Positions 47,401-57,298 of a stretch of 64,000 nucleotides of DNA are shown here, in pieces (the first letter of the stretch is position 1; every line of letters starts with the position of its first letter). The translations under genes were made by a program, and so were the position numbers. Source of the DNA: Candidatus Wildermuthbacteria bacterium (GTDB taxonomy: Bacteria; Patescibacteriota; Minisyncoccia; Minisyncoccales; UBA10102); contig JACOZJ010000005.1 of assembly GCA_016181405.1 (NCBI GenBank), positions 25,309 to 89,308 of the forward strand, in the 5' to 3' direction. The notes under the pieces were generated by a model that was not told the DNA's origin, made no database searches, and worked only from the letters and a program-made list of their open reading frames with translations.

Positions 47401-48178
47401 TCGAGATAAGTTCTGTCGTTCGCTTCGGCTCGCAGGCGCGCCCGATAGGGTGGTGCGGAAAGTGTGTGTTTTGGTTGAACAAGAGCTTCGCCCTAACGCC
47501 AGCACCGAACAAATAGAAAAGAAGACCGTGCGCTATCTCGCGAAAGAAGATTTGCTGCTCGCCGCGCGATACCGCTTGAGAAGCGCTATTATGGAGCTTG
47601 GGCCTGCCGGATTTTTCTTTGAAGAATATGTGGCAGCCATTCTGCGGGAATATGGATACAAAACTCAAGTGGGGATAATCATGAAAGGGCATTGTCTTTC
47701 CCACGAGATTGATATTCTGGCAGAAAAAGAGAATGTGCACCATATTATAGAACTTAAATATCACAATAGAAGAGGATTCAAAACCGATGTGCAGGTAGCA
47801 ATGTACTCATATGCCAGATTCTTGGACATTACGGCTGCACACAAAAAATTTGAGGCGAAAAAACACGTAGCATGGGTGGTTACGAACACCAAGTTTACCA
47901 AAAGTGCGATTACCTATGCGACTTGCATGAATATTCAACTTCTTGGCTGGCAATACCCAAAATCGGGGAGCTTAGAGCAACTTATAGAAGGGAAGTCTCT
48001 GTATCCAGTAACAGTGTTGCCATCGGCTAATAACTTTGTTAAAGAGCAGTTTGCCAAACAAAATCTTATGTTTGCTCGCGATATCCTACAGTATTCTCTT
48101 CCCGAACTGCAGAAAAAATTCGGTTTCCACCCCTCGCTCGCCAATCGCCTCCTCCAGGAAGCCTACAGGTTAGTATAG
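47360..48178 (+). CDS. ATP-cone domain fused to an Mrr-like restriction endonuclease domain
   Basis: Starts at MDILKGSGETETFDRDKF (ATP-cone-like). The nuclease core is HEIDILAEKENVHHIIELKYHN (D..ExK). Confidence 0.6.
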   Translation: MDILKGSGETETFDRDKFCRSLRLAGAPDRVVRKVCVLVEQELRPNASTEQIEKKTVRYLAKEDLLLAARYRLRSAIMELGPAGFFFEEYVAAILREYGYKTQVGIIMKGHCLSHEIDILAEKENVHHIIELKYHNRRGFKTDVQVAMYSYARFLDITAAHKKFEAKKHVAWVVTNTKFTKSAITYATCMNIQLLGWQYPKSGSLEQLIEGKSLYPVTVLPSANNFVKEQFAKQNLMFARDILQYSLPELQKKFGFHPSLANRLLQEAYRLV

Positions 48179-48221
48179 GCAAACAGTGGGATTGTCGGCG
48201 CGTTGGGTGTATACTATATAA

Positions 48222-48704
48222 ATGACTCTATACGAAAAAGGTTCTTTATTCTTGCTGCGGGTGGGGCTGGGGTTGCTGTTCTTCTACGCGGGGATTACGA
48301 AGGTGCTGGATTCCGAATGGTCGGCGGCCGGATACCTCAACAACGCAAAAACATTTCCAGCATTTTATAGCTGGTTGGCATCACCCGGGATTCTGCCTAT
48401 CACAAACTTCATAAACGAATGGGGGCTCACGTTGCTTGGCGTTTCGCTTTTGCTCGGGATATTTGTGCGCGTGAGTTCAATAGGTGGAGCGACATTAATG
48501 TTGCTTTATTATTTCCCGGCGGTTGAGATGAAAACGTTTGAATTTTTCCCGCAAATTATGGTGCCCTATATTGGCACGCATTCGGTTCTCGTTGACGAGC
48601 ATATCGTCTATGCGTTGGCGCTTGTGGTGCTTGCGGTTTTTCGTGCTGGCCGCACATGGGGCTTAGAGCCTTTCATTTCGCATAAGCCCTCATTTTTCGG
48701 ATAG
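48222..48704 (+). CDS. DoxX family membrane protein
   Basis: LLRVGLGLLFFYAGITKV is the family N-terminal helix, and there are 4 TM helices. Confidence 0.7.
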   Translation: MTLYEKGSLFLLRVGLGLLFFYAGITKVLDSEWSAAGYLNNAKTFPAFYSWLASPGILPITNFINEWGLTLLGVSLLLGIFVRVSSIGGATLMLLYYFPAVEMKTFEFFPQIMVPYIGTHSVLVDEHIVYALALVVLAVFRAGRTWGLEPFISHKPSFFG

Positions 48705-48737
48705 GACTTATACGATAGAATACAACGGAAACAAAGA

Positions 48738-48758
48738 AGCGTCTGGAGACGCTTTTTT
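48738..48758 (+). terminator. rho-independent terminator
   Basis: AGCGTCT-GG-AGACGCT followed by TTTTT. Confidence 0.7.
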
Positions 48759-48812
48759 GTTGTAGGACATAGATATGGACATTTAGAGGAATATCTGTAA
48801 AATGAGGTTTAC

Positions 48813-48896
48813 AAGTCCGGACACGGGCACTGCGTCATGCTAGGTATGAATAATACCTAGCCATTTTCCCTGATTGCAGTGCCCATGTCCGGACTT
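48813..48896. repeat. 84-nt element with 21-nt terminal inverted repeats and an internal hairpin (MITE-like or structured RNA)
   Basis: AAGTCCGGACACGGGCACTGC ... GCAGTGCCCATGTCCGGACTT match at 20 of 21 positions, and the mismatch becomes G-U if transcribed from the minus strand. The inner hairpin is CTAGGTA-N7-TACCTAG. Confidence 0.7.
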
Positions 48897-49005
48897 TATG
48901 TTTTCTCCTATTGTATCGCATTTTGCGTTTTTCTCCTTGTGGAAAACTCAAGATTTCCATAATTGAGCTGGCAGGTTAGGATAGGAGATTAATACGTTAG
49001 GACAT

Positions 49006-50529
49006 GTGATGATGAGAGCCGTACAAGAAAGCAGTGTGCAGCATTTGAAGGTAAGTCCCAACTTTGGACAGCCTCCTGACTATTTATTTCGACCGGACAT
49101 TCAAAGCTTTAGGAAAGCTTGGTTTCCGCAAACATACGCGATTTGGGAATTCTTTTCCATAAGTTTCCTCGTGAGCGCACTCGCATTCTTTTTTCTCTTT
49201 GAGTGGCCTGTCTTAGTGACTTTGTCTGGGCTTATCGCTTTTTTCTACCTGGGACACATGGTTTTTAAATTGCTGGTTGTGCAACGCTCTTTGGCAAAAC
49301 CTTTCCTTACATTTTCCAAAGAGGAAATTGTTTCGTTGTCAGACGAGGAACTTCCCCTGTACACCATTTTGATACCTTTATACCAGGAAGCGGAGGTCGT
49401 GTGGCAGATTCGGAAGGCAATGGAAGCGATTGATTATCCGAAAGCAAAGCTTGAGATACTTATTACATTGGAGCAATACGATTACGCAACGCAAGAGGCA
49501 ATAGCAAGAGCGGATTTTCCTTCCTATTTCCGTATCCTTTTGCTTCCGGATGTGCCCCCAAAAACAAAACCGAAAGCATTAAATGTAGCGCTCTTGCGGG
49601 CGAAAGGAGAATTTCTGGTTATCTATGACGCTGAAATAATTCCCGATCCCGACCAGTTAAAAAAAGCAGTGCTTGCGTTCCGGAAACACCCGGAAATTGC
49701 ATTTCTCCAAACGCGGCTTGACCACTATAATACGGACCAGAATATCCTTACAAAACTTTTCAATATCGAATTCAACTTTTACTACGATTTATTTCTTCCT
49801 GGTCTTCAAAAATTCAGATTTCCTCTTCCGCTTTCCGGACATAGCACGCATTTCAGGCGTTCTGCCATTGAGGAAGTAGGGGGGTGGGATCCTTATAACG
49901 TGGCAGAAGATTGTGATATAGGCATCGTGCTTTATCGACACGGGTATCGTTCCGAAATTCTTGATTCGGTAAGCAAAGAAGAAGCTACTACCACCCTTCC
50001 TGCTTGGATGCGCCAACGATCACGCTGGATGAAAGGTTTTTTGCAGTCCTCTATTGTGCATCTTCGGCATCCGCTTGAACTCAAAAAAGATTTAGGGGGT
50101 TGGATAAACTTTACTGCGTTTCTGTTTATTGTTCCTGGAACGGTTTTATTAAACTTTCTGAATTTATTTTACTGGCTATTGCTTGTGGGGTGGTTTGTCA
50201 CATATTCTGTGTTTATCCAAGAGCTTTTTACTGGGCCGATTCTCCCTATTTCAGTAATTTCATCTTTGGGCGGGAACGCTCTCTTTGTATACTTTAACCT
50301 CATCGGCTCTTATCGCCGGGGAAAGTATGGATTGGTAAAGTACGCACTCTTATCTCCATTCTATTGGATTTTACTTGCTGTGGCGAGCGGCAAGGCCGTA
50401 ATCCAATTGTTTACGAAGCCATATCATTGGGAAAAGACGGCCCATGGAACGCATCTTGCCCAGGTGAAATCGCAAGCAGCCAGCAAAGAGTCGAGTTTGG
50501 GAGAAATGCCAATAGAGTTTCCCGCATGA
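49006..50529 (+). CDS. family 2 glycosyltransferase, processive (cellulose/chitin/PNAG-synthase-like) with flanking TM helices
   Basis: YTILIPLYQE, VIYDAE (DxD), VAEDCD and QRSRWMKGF (QxxRW). N- and C-terminal TM helices are present. Confidence 0.8.
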   Translation: MMMRAVQESSVQHLKVSPNFGQPPDYLFRPDIQSFRKAWFPQTYAIWEFFSISFLVSALAFFFLFEWPVLVTLSGLIAFFYLGHMVFKLLVVQRSLAKPFLTFSKEEIVSLSDEELPLYTILIPLYQEAEVVWQIRKAMEAIDYPKAKLEILITLEQYDYATQEAIARADFPSYFRILLLPDVPPKTKPKALNVALLRAKGEFLVIYDAEIIPDPDQLKKAVLAFRKHPEIAFLQTRLDHYNTDQNILTKLFNIEFNFYYDLFLPGLQKFRFPLPLSGHSTHFRRSAIEEVGGWDPYNVAEDCDIGIVLYRHGYRSEILDSVSKEEATTTLPAWMRQRSRWMKGFLQSSIVHLRHPLELKKDLGGWINFTAFLFIVPGTVLLNFLNLFYWLLLVGWFVTYSVFIQELFTGPILPISVISSLGGNALFVYFNLIGSYRRGKYGLVKYALLSPFYWILLAVASGKAVIQLFTKPYHWEKTAHGTHLAQVKSQAASKESSLGEMPIEFPA

Positions 50530-52205
50530 AACAAATTCCTCGCCTTCTTTTTTGGATATCAGAGAGGGGAGAATACTTCCTTGCGGCGTTCGGCGTCGCG
50601 CTTGCGACCTGGATGGCAAATTACGTTTTCCGGCTCGATTTGACGCGGGCGCTTACGGATCAAAGCGCACATTTGAATTTTGCCCGTCTTACCATAGACA
50701 GCGCGACTCCGGGCATAAGCCAGCTTGGGTTTTGGCCTCCTCTTTTGCATATTTTGCTGGTACCTATAACCGGAATGGTTGAATCACTCTATCGAAGCGG
50801 TCTGGCTGGCTTCGTAGTCCTCCTGCCATTTTTTATATTAGGATCGATATTTCTATATAGAACCCTTTTACTGATTACGAAGCAAAAACTGCTTTCTTTG
50901 ACAGGGGCTATCACGTTTTTGACGAGTCCCTACGTACTCTACTATTCTGTAACTCCAATGATGGAAGTGTTGTTTTTAGCAAATCTTATGGGGGTTGTGT
51001 ATTTTTTTACCCGATGGTTCTATGAGCAAAAAATTCATCTTCTTATTTGGGCTGCAGCATTTGTAGTTCTTGCGACACTCTCAAGGTACGAAGGATTTAT
51101 CCTTATTCCCATTGGCGCATTTCTAGTATGGTTTTTTCTTTGGCGGCAGAAGAAGCAATCTGAAGAGATTGAAGCAGCCCTCGTTCTTTTTCTGTTTCTT
51201 GCTTCTTGGGGCGTTCTGGCGATAGGTTTGTACGGCTGGATTTATGGGGGGACACCTTTTGCTTTTATGGGTGGCTGGTGGATTCGTGATTCTGAATATT
51301 TCCCCACGCAATATAATATTTTTGCTTCACTGCGGTATGCGCTCAACGCTTCTTTTTATGTAATCGGGAAACCTCTTGTGTTGTTCTCTGTGATTGGTTT
51401 GCCGGCCTTATTTGTTCTCGCCAGAAAAAATACTGTTGCCATAGCTGTCTTACTGTTGTCGGTCAGCCCCTTTTTTATGATTGTCATAAGTTTATTCCGG
51501 GGGTATCCGCCGATTATGGTTCCCGACTTGCCGCCCTTCGGCCTCTTCTTTAACGAACGCTACGGGCTTACCTGGATCGGGTTTGCGATTGCCTTTCCCT
51601 TGGTGCTTGCTTCTTTTTTCTCCCAATATCTTTCAAGAATCTCTCCCTTTTTAGCGAGAAGCTTTACCTCTGTAGTCTGCATTGCATTTTTGTCGTTCTC
51701 CATTGCTCATTTTCACCAGAAAGTGTTTACAGAAGAATTTCGGGAAATCCGAATGAACCTCGGGGTGGATGGAACAGATCAAGATGAGCTTACACGAATA
51801 CTGTCTGTACGATACGACTACGGGAAAATCCTGATCACCAGAACCATTAACGATGGTTTGGTGAACGAATTGGGCATTCCTCTGAAAAACTTTATCTTTG
51901 AAGCTAACAATCTTTTGTATCAGCAGACTATGGAAGAGCCCTGGCTTTTTGCAAGGTGGGTAGTAATGGCCAAAGAACAGGAACCAATTTCAGAAAGGTG
52001 GGAAGATTCCGAGCTATTCCACAGGTTTTATGAGCCTGTGGCAGAGAATGAAACGCGGAAACTCTATAAGGTAAATGAAGATGCGCTCGGCAGAATGCTC
52101 GAAGAACACGGGTATAATGCAAGGGCAGTCCCATCGTTGAGAGAGGATACGAAACCATGGAATGCGCAGACAGTGTATTACGATATTCGAAATGAACATT
52201 TGTAA
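50526..52205 (+). CDS. polytopic membrane protein, GT-C-like (ArnT/PMT-type) tentative, with a C-terminal soluble domain
   Basis: Starts at the ATG at 50526, overlapping the GT2 stop (ATGA). About 12 TM helices. The family assignment rests on architecture only. Confidence 0.4.
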   Translation: MKQIPRLLFWISERGEYFLAAFGVALATWMANYVFRLDLTRALTDQSAHLNFARLTIDSATPGISQLGFWPPLLHILLVPITGMVESLYRSGLAGFVVLLPFFILGSIFLYRTLLLITKQKLLSLTGAITFLTSPYVLYYSVTPMMEVLFLANLMGVVYFFTRWFYEQKIHLLIWAAAFVVLATLSRYEGFILIPIGAFLVWFFLWRQKKQSEEIEAALVLFLFLASWGVLAIGLYGWIYGGTPFAFMGGWWIRDSEYFPTQYNIFASLRYALNASFYVIGKPLVLFSVIGLPALFVLARKNTVAIAVLLLSVSPFFMIVISLFRGYPPIMVPDLPPFGLFFNERYGLTWIGFAIAFPLVLASFFSQYLSRISPFLARSFTSVVCIAFLSFSIAHFHQKVFTEEFREIRMNLGVDGTDQDELTRILSVRYDYGKILITRTINDGLVNELGIPLKNFIFEANNLLYQQTMEEPWLFARWVVMAKEQEPISERWEDSELFHRFYEPVAENETRKLYKVNEDALGRMLEEHGYNARAVPSLREDTKPWNAQTVYYDIRNEHL

Positions 52206-52253
52206 AACAGAAAAAAGGTGGTACGGTATAAATAATCTAATTCTCACACTCGT

Positions 52254-55200
52254 ATGTTGGTAAAAATCTTCTTTCTCTCTCTATTCGTTTCAGTCGGGAT
52301 TATGATTCCTTTATTGAGCTATGCTTTACCAAGCGGGTTTCAGATTGAAACCGTCACAAGCGGATTGCAGCTTCCCACAAGCATTGCATTTGCGCCGGAT
52401 GGCCATATTTTTGTGGCGGAAAAATCAGGGGCAGTGCGCATCGTACATGATGGTGTTTTAATGGATGCTCCCTTTTTACAGCTGCAAGATGTAAATGATT
52501 ATGGGGATCACGGAATATTGGGAATCGCGCTTGACCCTGACTTCGAGAATAATGGATGGGTATATTTGAGCTATACGTATGAAAATAACCCCGCAAACTA
52601 CGAAGGCCCCAAAACAGGCCGTATCGTGCGCGTAAAGGCAGAGGGAGATATGGCAGACATGAATACGCTCGAAGTGCTCGTTGGCACCGTAGGAGGAACA
52701 CCAACAGCTCCTTCGTGTGAAGACTTTGAAGTTACGGAAGATTGCATCCCTTCAGATGACAAAAGCCATACTATGGGAGGATTGCGATTTGGTCCCGATG
52801 GCAAGCTGTATGCGACTCTTGGTGACGGCGCGAGTTTCGATTTTGTGGATCCCCGCGCCGAACGAGCACAGAATATCGACAGTTTGGCAGGAAAAATGCT
52901 GCGTTTGAATACAGATGGCACTGGCCCCTCGGATAATCCTTTCTACAACGGCGACCCTAGCGCAAATCGTTCAAAAGTTTGGAATTATGGGTATCGCAAC
53001 GCATTTCGGTTCAATTTTAATCCTTCGAACGGCGAACTGTATGTGGGGGATGTTGGCTGGTTCACATGGGAAGAGATCAATAAAAGCATCCCGGGAGGAA
53101 ACTATGGGTGGCCGTGCAGGGAAGGAGCGGTCCAGAATCCTGGGGGATATACATGTGTTGCAGAAAACTATGTGGATCCCTTGTATGCGTATGGGCACGA
53201 TGCTACTTCCGGGGCTTCGGTAACTGCTGGCGCGTTTATCTTCAACGCTGCGTATCCCGCGCAGTATCAGGGCAACTATCTTTTCGGTGATTTTACGCAG
53301 AATTGGTTAAAGCTGATGGTGCTTGATGCAGATGGGCATCATGTAGTTTCAGTAGATCCTTTCTCGGACGATGCGGGGGGACCTGTAGAGATTGTTTCAG
53401 GGCCAGACGGGCTTATCTACTATCTTTCTATTTACGCCGGAGAATTGCAAAGAATTACGTATACGACAGGAAACCGAAATCCGGAAGCGCGTGCGGCGGC
53501 AAATCCAACCGCGGGGTTGGTGCCACTTTTTGTTTCTTTCTCAAGCGTGGGATCAAATGATTTAGATGGCGACTCTTTATCCTTTTCATGGGATTTTGGC
53601 GATGGGGTTACCTCTGCCGAGGCAAACCCGACACATACGTATGAAACAAATGGAACATACGAAGCAGTCCTTTCGGTAAATGACGGCAATGGCGGAATAG
53701 GTACGAGTACGATTCAGATTGTGGTAGGAAATGAAAGGCCAACCGCGCAGATTACGAGCCCCCCAAACAATTCAACGTATCGCCCGGGGCAGATTATCCC
53801 GCTTGTAGGGCAGGGAACAGACCCGGAAGACGGCAATCTTCCGGAAAGCGCATATTTCTGGCGAATTCTGGAGCACCACACTGCGCATATTCATATTCTG
53901 CAAACCTTTACGGGCACCGCAAATCCAAGTTTTATAGCGCCAAGCGAAGAGGATGCTGATATATACGTTGAGGCTGAACTTACTGTTACAGACAGCATTG
54001 GCTTACAAGATACAACCAGCATTGATCTTCGCTTGGCGCCTCCGCCTACCGTAGAGCCCCATCATGTGCAGACTGTTTTGGATAATCCAAATCCTGTAGT
54101 TGAAGAACAGCTTTCGGCAACAACTACGATAACGAACGCCGGTACCGAGGACGCTATTTTGGTAGATCTTGAAATTTATAACGCCGCGGGGCTGAAGGTG
54201 GCCCAGCAGTTTTACGATAACGAAGTCATTCCTACCGCTACCACCAAAGATTACACGATTTCTTGGACCCCACAGGCAGCGGGGAATTATCGCATTGCCG
54301 TGGGATTGATTCATACAGGATGGCAAGGACTCTATGAATGGACAAATGAAGCGAAGCTTTTCTCGGTGGGAGAATCGAATCCGACGCCGACTCCGAACCC
54401 CAGCGGAAGCGATGCTTTGGTATTCGATGGAGTGGACGACTATGTCGATGTGGACGATTGGGATATCGAAGAGCCGAACTTTACCATTGAGGCGCGGTTT
54501 CGCGCTGACCGCGCGACAGGTACCCAACGTTTGCTTTCCAAGGCGCGGGGCGAAGGCACCGCAGATCAGTTATGGATGCTTGGCATTCGGGACAACACTT
54601 TGCAATTTGCGCTGGAAACTGGCGGCGTGGTGGATGTACTTGAAGGAGGTACGATAGCGCAAGGGGAGTGGACGCATGTTGCAGCTGTGTATAATGGGTC
54701 GGAGATGCGGTTATACCAGAATGGTTCTTTGGTGGGCTCGCTTTTAAAAACAGGAGCCATTACAGAAGATAGAACTAAAAAGGTGTGGATCGGGGATAAT
54801 CCGGATACTGGTTCTCACGCTTTTGCAGGCGTGTTAGATGTTATGCGTGTGTGGAATGTTGCGCGTTCTGACGCACAGATAGCCAGTACCCAAGGGAACA
54901 ATACTTCTTCAGAAGATCGAGCTGGCCTTATCAAGGATTGGACTTTCGACGAAGGGTTTGGGCAGGATGTACTCGACCGGTCAAACAGCGGTCACCATGG
55001 GCGTTTGGGGTCTACTCCGGGGGGCGACGAAAATGATCCTTCGTGGGAGTCGGGTGGTCCGACTGTGATGACCGGCACGTTTGCGCCTCGGCACCAAGGA
55101 ACCACCGCGCAAGACATGGTAGATCATTATAGGATATCGTCCTCCGTAGAGAATACCGGCAGTGACCCTGGCCATCTTATTGTTGATATTGAAGTATATG

Positions 55201-55835
55201 ATGGGGTGGGAGCGCAGGTGTTTCAGCGGTATTTTGACGGAGTTACGTTGCAGGTGGGAGAAACACGGAGTTTCTCGATTGCTTGGACGCCGCCAGCTTC
55301 TGGACAGTATCGTGTTGCCGTAGGACTTATCGAGTTGCGATGGGCAGGGGTGCATGAATGGGTGAATGAGGCGGCGCTTATTGATACCACCCAACAGCCG
55401 CCGCCACAGTCTACTGATATTTTCACAGATGCGTTGGCTCCCGGCTGGGCAAGCTGGTCGTGGGAAACGGATGCAACTTTTGTTTCTGCAATCGAGGTGG
55501 AGTTTGCTCATCAATGGGGAGGACTATATCTTCACCACGATGCCTTTGACACGACCGGCATGAATACCCTGAATTTTTCCATTTCCGGTGGGAGCAGCGG
55601 CGGGCAGGATCTTCAGATTTTTGCGTTCGACGAAGCAGGAAACGCTCTCGCGCAAAAACGATTGTCTTCGTATCTTCCAGAGGCATTGCAACCGAATATC
55701 TGGTATAATGTTTCTATCCCACTCGCGGATTTACAAGTCGTAAGCGGATCTATCGTAACGGGGATTTCGATTATGGGCGCGTCAGGGAATATTGAACCAA
55801 TCTTTTTCCTTGATGATATTCGTTTATCTTCCTAA
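52254..55835 (+). CDS. large secreted multidomain protein: glucose/sorbosone-dehydrogenase-like beta-propeller, PKD domain, LamG/ConA-like domain, additional Ig-like repeats
   Basis: Signal/TM N-terminus. LPSGFQIETVTSGLQLPTSIAFAPDGHIFVAEKSGAVRIV (GSDH), FSWDFGDG...HTYETNGTYEAVLSVNDG (PKD), LVFDGVDDYVDV...EWTHVAAVYNGSEMRLYQNG (LamG). An internally duplicated about 110-aa unit occurs (ITNAGTEDAILVDLEIYN... / VENTGSDPGHLIVDIEVYD...). Confidence 0.75.
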   Translation: MLVKIFFLSLFVSVGIMIPLLSYALPSGFQIETVTSGLQLPTSIAFAPDGHIFVAEKSGAVRIVHDGVLMDAPFLQLQDVNDYGDHGILGIALDPDFENNGWVYLSYTYENNPANYEGPKTGRIVRVKAEGDMADMNTLEVLVGTVGGTPTAPSCEDFEVTEDCIPSDDKSHTMGGLRFGPDGKLYATLGDGASFDFVDPRAERAQNIDSLAGKMLRLNTDGTGPSDNPFYNGDPSANRSKVWNYGYRNAFRFNFNPSNGELYVGDVGWFTWEEINKSIPGGNYGWPCREGAVQNPGGYTCVAENYVDPLYAYGHDATSGASVTAGAFIFNAAYPAQYQGNYLFGDFTQNWLKLMVLDADGHHVVSVDPFSDDAGGPVEIVSGPDGLIYYLSIYAGELQRITYTTGNRNPEARAAANPTAGLVPLFVSFSSVGSNDLDGDSLSFSWDFGDGVTSAEANPTHTYETNGTYEAVLSVNDGNGGIGTSTIQIVVGNERPTAQITSPPNNSTYRPGQIIPLVGQGTDPEDGNLPESAYFWRILEHHTAHIHILQTFTGTANPSFIAPSEEDADIYVEAELTVTDSIGLQDTTSIDLRLAPPPTVEPHHVQTVLDNPNPVVEEQLSATTTITNAGTEDAILVDLEIYNAAGLKVAQQFYDNEVIPTATTKDYTISWTPQAAGNYRIAVGLIHTGWQGLYEWTNEAKLFSVGESNPTPTPNPSGSDALVFDGVDDYVDVDDWDIEEPNFTIEARFRADRATGTQRLLSKARGEGTADQLWMLGIRDNTLQFALETGGVVDVLEGGTIAQGEWTHVAAVYNGSEMRLYQNGSLVGSLLKTGAITEDRTKKVWIGDNPDTGSHAFAGVLDVMRVWNVARSDAQIASTQGNNTSSEDRAGLIKDWTFDEGFGQDVLDRSNSGHHGRLGSTPGGDENDPSWESGGPTVMTGTFAPRHQGTTAQDMVDHYRISSSVENTGSDPGHLIVDIEVYDGVGAQVFQRYFDGVTLQVGETRSFSIAWTPPASGQYRVAVGLIELRWAGVHEWVNEAALIDTTQQPPPQSTDIFTDALAPGWASWSWETDATFVSAIEVEFAHQWGGLYLHHDAFDTTGMNTLNFSISGGSSGGQDLQIFAFDEAGNALAQKRLSSYLPEALQPNIWYNVSIPLADLQVVSGSIVTGISIMGASGNIEPIFFLDDIRLSS

Positions 55836-55838
55836 CCA

Positions 55839-56981
55839 GTGAAGTTCCCTCTTCTTTTTATAGTGCTTTTTCTCGCAGCAGGGGTTTTTGTCGTCGCCGA
55901 CCTTATGGCTTGGCATACTCTCTTCTCTGGAATTTCAGAGGAACAGAGGGAGGAAGAGATAGTTCAGGAAAATGAGGAAGAACAGCCCCAAGAGGGATAT
56001 TCTTTATTGCCAATACTCCGAGAGTTGCCCTCATTGCTCCGGAATTCCCGTGAAGGCGAGGAGGAAATTCCTGCGCCGCAACCTACGCCAGTGGCGTATA
56101 CTTGTAAAGAGATATTAACCAATTCTCCATTTTTCCGATCAGATTCTTTGCAGGCCTTTATGATAGAAGTAGCATTGCGCGCTGAAGGGAAAGAAGAGAT
56201 TGCCAACCAATTGCAAGCGATATCTTGCGTGCCGCAAGGCATATGGGTGAATGGAAAAAATCCAGGTTGGGAGGTGGAGCGCGTGAAAGAACTTGTCGAG
56301 AAGGCAAATCTCCAGGGGAAAATCCCTGTCTTTGTAGTCTACGATGGGCCCAATCATGAGGATTCAGGATGGCGCTTCGTTGAGAGCGGCAAAAACTACA
56401 GAGAGTGGATTCTTCTTTTCGGCAACGCTGTAGGGAACGCGCGGGCTTGGATTATTTTAGAACCAGACGCGTTGCCCTTAGCCTTTACCTATTCGTCTGC
56501 AGAACGTGAAAAGAGATTTCTCGAGTTAAAGAGTGCTATTCAAACTCTCAAACAAACAAGCCCATCGGCTAAAATATATCTTGATGCTGGGCACAGTCAG
56601 TGGAAGCCGCCTGAAGTAATCGCGGAATTTCTTCAGAAAGCAGGTGTTGCGCAGGCCGATGGGTTTTCACTGAATATCGCGAATCACCAGCCAGTAAACG
56701 AACAAGTTGCATATGGGAAAGCTGTTTCCCAACTACTGGGAGATGCGCACTTTGTTATCGATACTGGGCAAAGCGGCAAAAAGGTAGAGGGACAACAATG
56801 GTGTAATGCAAGAGGGCGGGCGATAGGAAATCTTCCGACTCTGGATACAAGGGATTTTCTGATTGACGCGTTTCTTTGGGTAAAACCCCCGGGTGAGTCT
56901 GATGGGACATGTAATGGTGGGCCCCCTGCCGGAAAATTTTGGCTCGATTACGCTTTACAGCTTATCGCAAACAAGTCCTAA
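55839..56981 (+). CDS. glycoside hydrolase family 6-like protein (cellulase fold), membrane-anchored
   Basis: WIILEPDALP (GH6 EPD signature), YLDAGHSQW and FLWVKPPGESDG. The first signature is modified (VVYDGPNHEDSG instead of ..RDC). GTG start and an N-terminal TM helix. Confidence 0.7.
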   Translation: MKFPLLFIVLFLAAGVFVVADLMAWHTLFSGISEEQREEEIVQENEEEQPQEGYSLLPILRELPSLLRNSREGEEEIPAPQPTPVAYTCKEILTNSPFFRSDSLQAFMIEVALRAEGKEEIANQLQAISCVPQGIWVNGKNPGWEVERVKELVEKANLQGKIPVFVVYDGPNHEDSGWRFVESGKNYREWILLFGNAVGNARAWIILEPDALPLAFTYSSAEREKRFLELKSAIQTLKQTSPSAKIYLDAGHSQWKPPEVIAEFLQKAGVAQADGFSLNIANHQPVNEQVAYGKAVSQLLGDAHFVIDTGQSGKKVEGQQWCNARGRAIGNLPTLDTRDFLIDAFLWVKPPGESDGTCNGGPPAGKFWLDYALQLIANKS

Positions 56982-57104
56982 CTGCTTTGGAATAGGAAAA
57001 GGCTGTGGAAAACTGCCTACATTGACACTACTGTTTAAGGCGGGTATTCTGAATTAATTAAGCAGAACAGTTCGGACGCCTTATCTAGAGGGGAAAACTG
57101 GATA

Positions 57105-57132
57105 GGCGATGCAAAAATGCATACGCTTTTTT
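57105..57132 (+). terminator. rho-independent terminator
   Basis: GGCGATGCA-aaaa-TGCATACGC followed by TTTTTT. Confidence 0.55.
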
Positions 57133-57298
57133 ATTTGCCCCACTACAATACCGCGGCCGAGAAAAATCCAAGCCTGAAGCTTCAAAGCTTTGAAGTGTCA
57201 AGCTTGGATTTTTTATTGACTGTCTATAGGTCAATAAGGTCCAAAAAATCGAAAGGTCGAACCAGTAACAAGTCTGTAATGTATAACATAAAAGTCCT

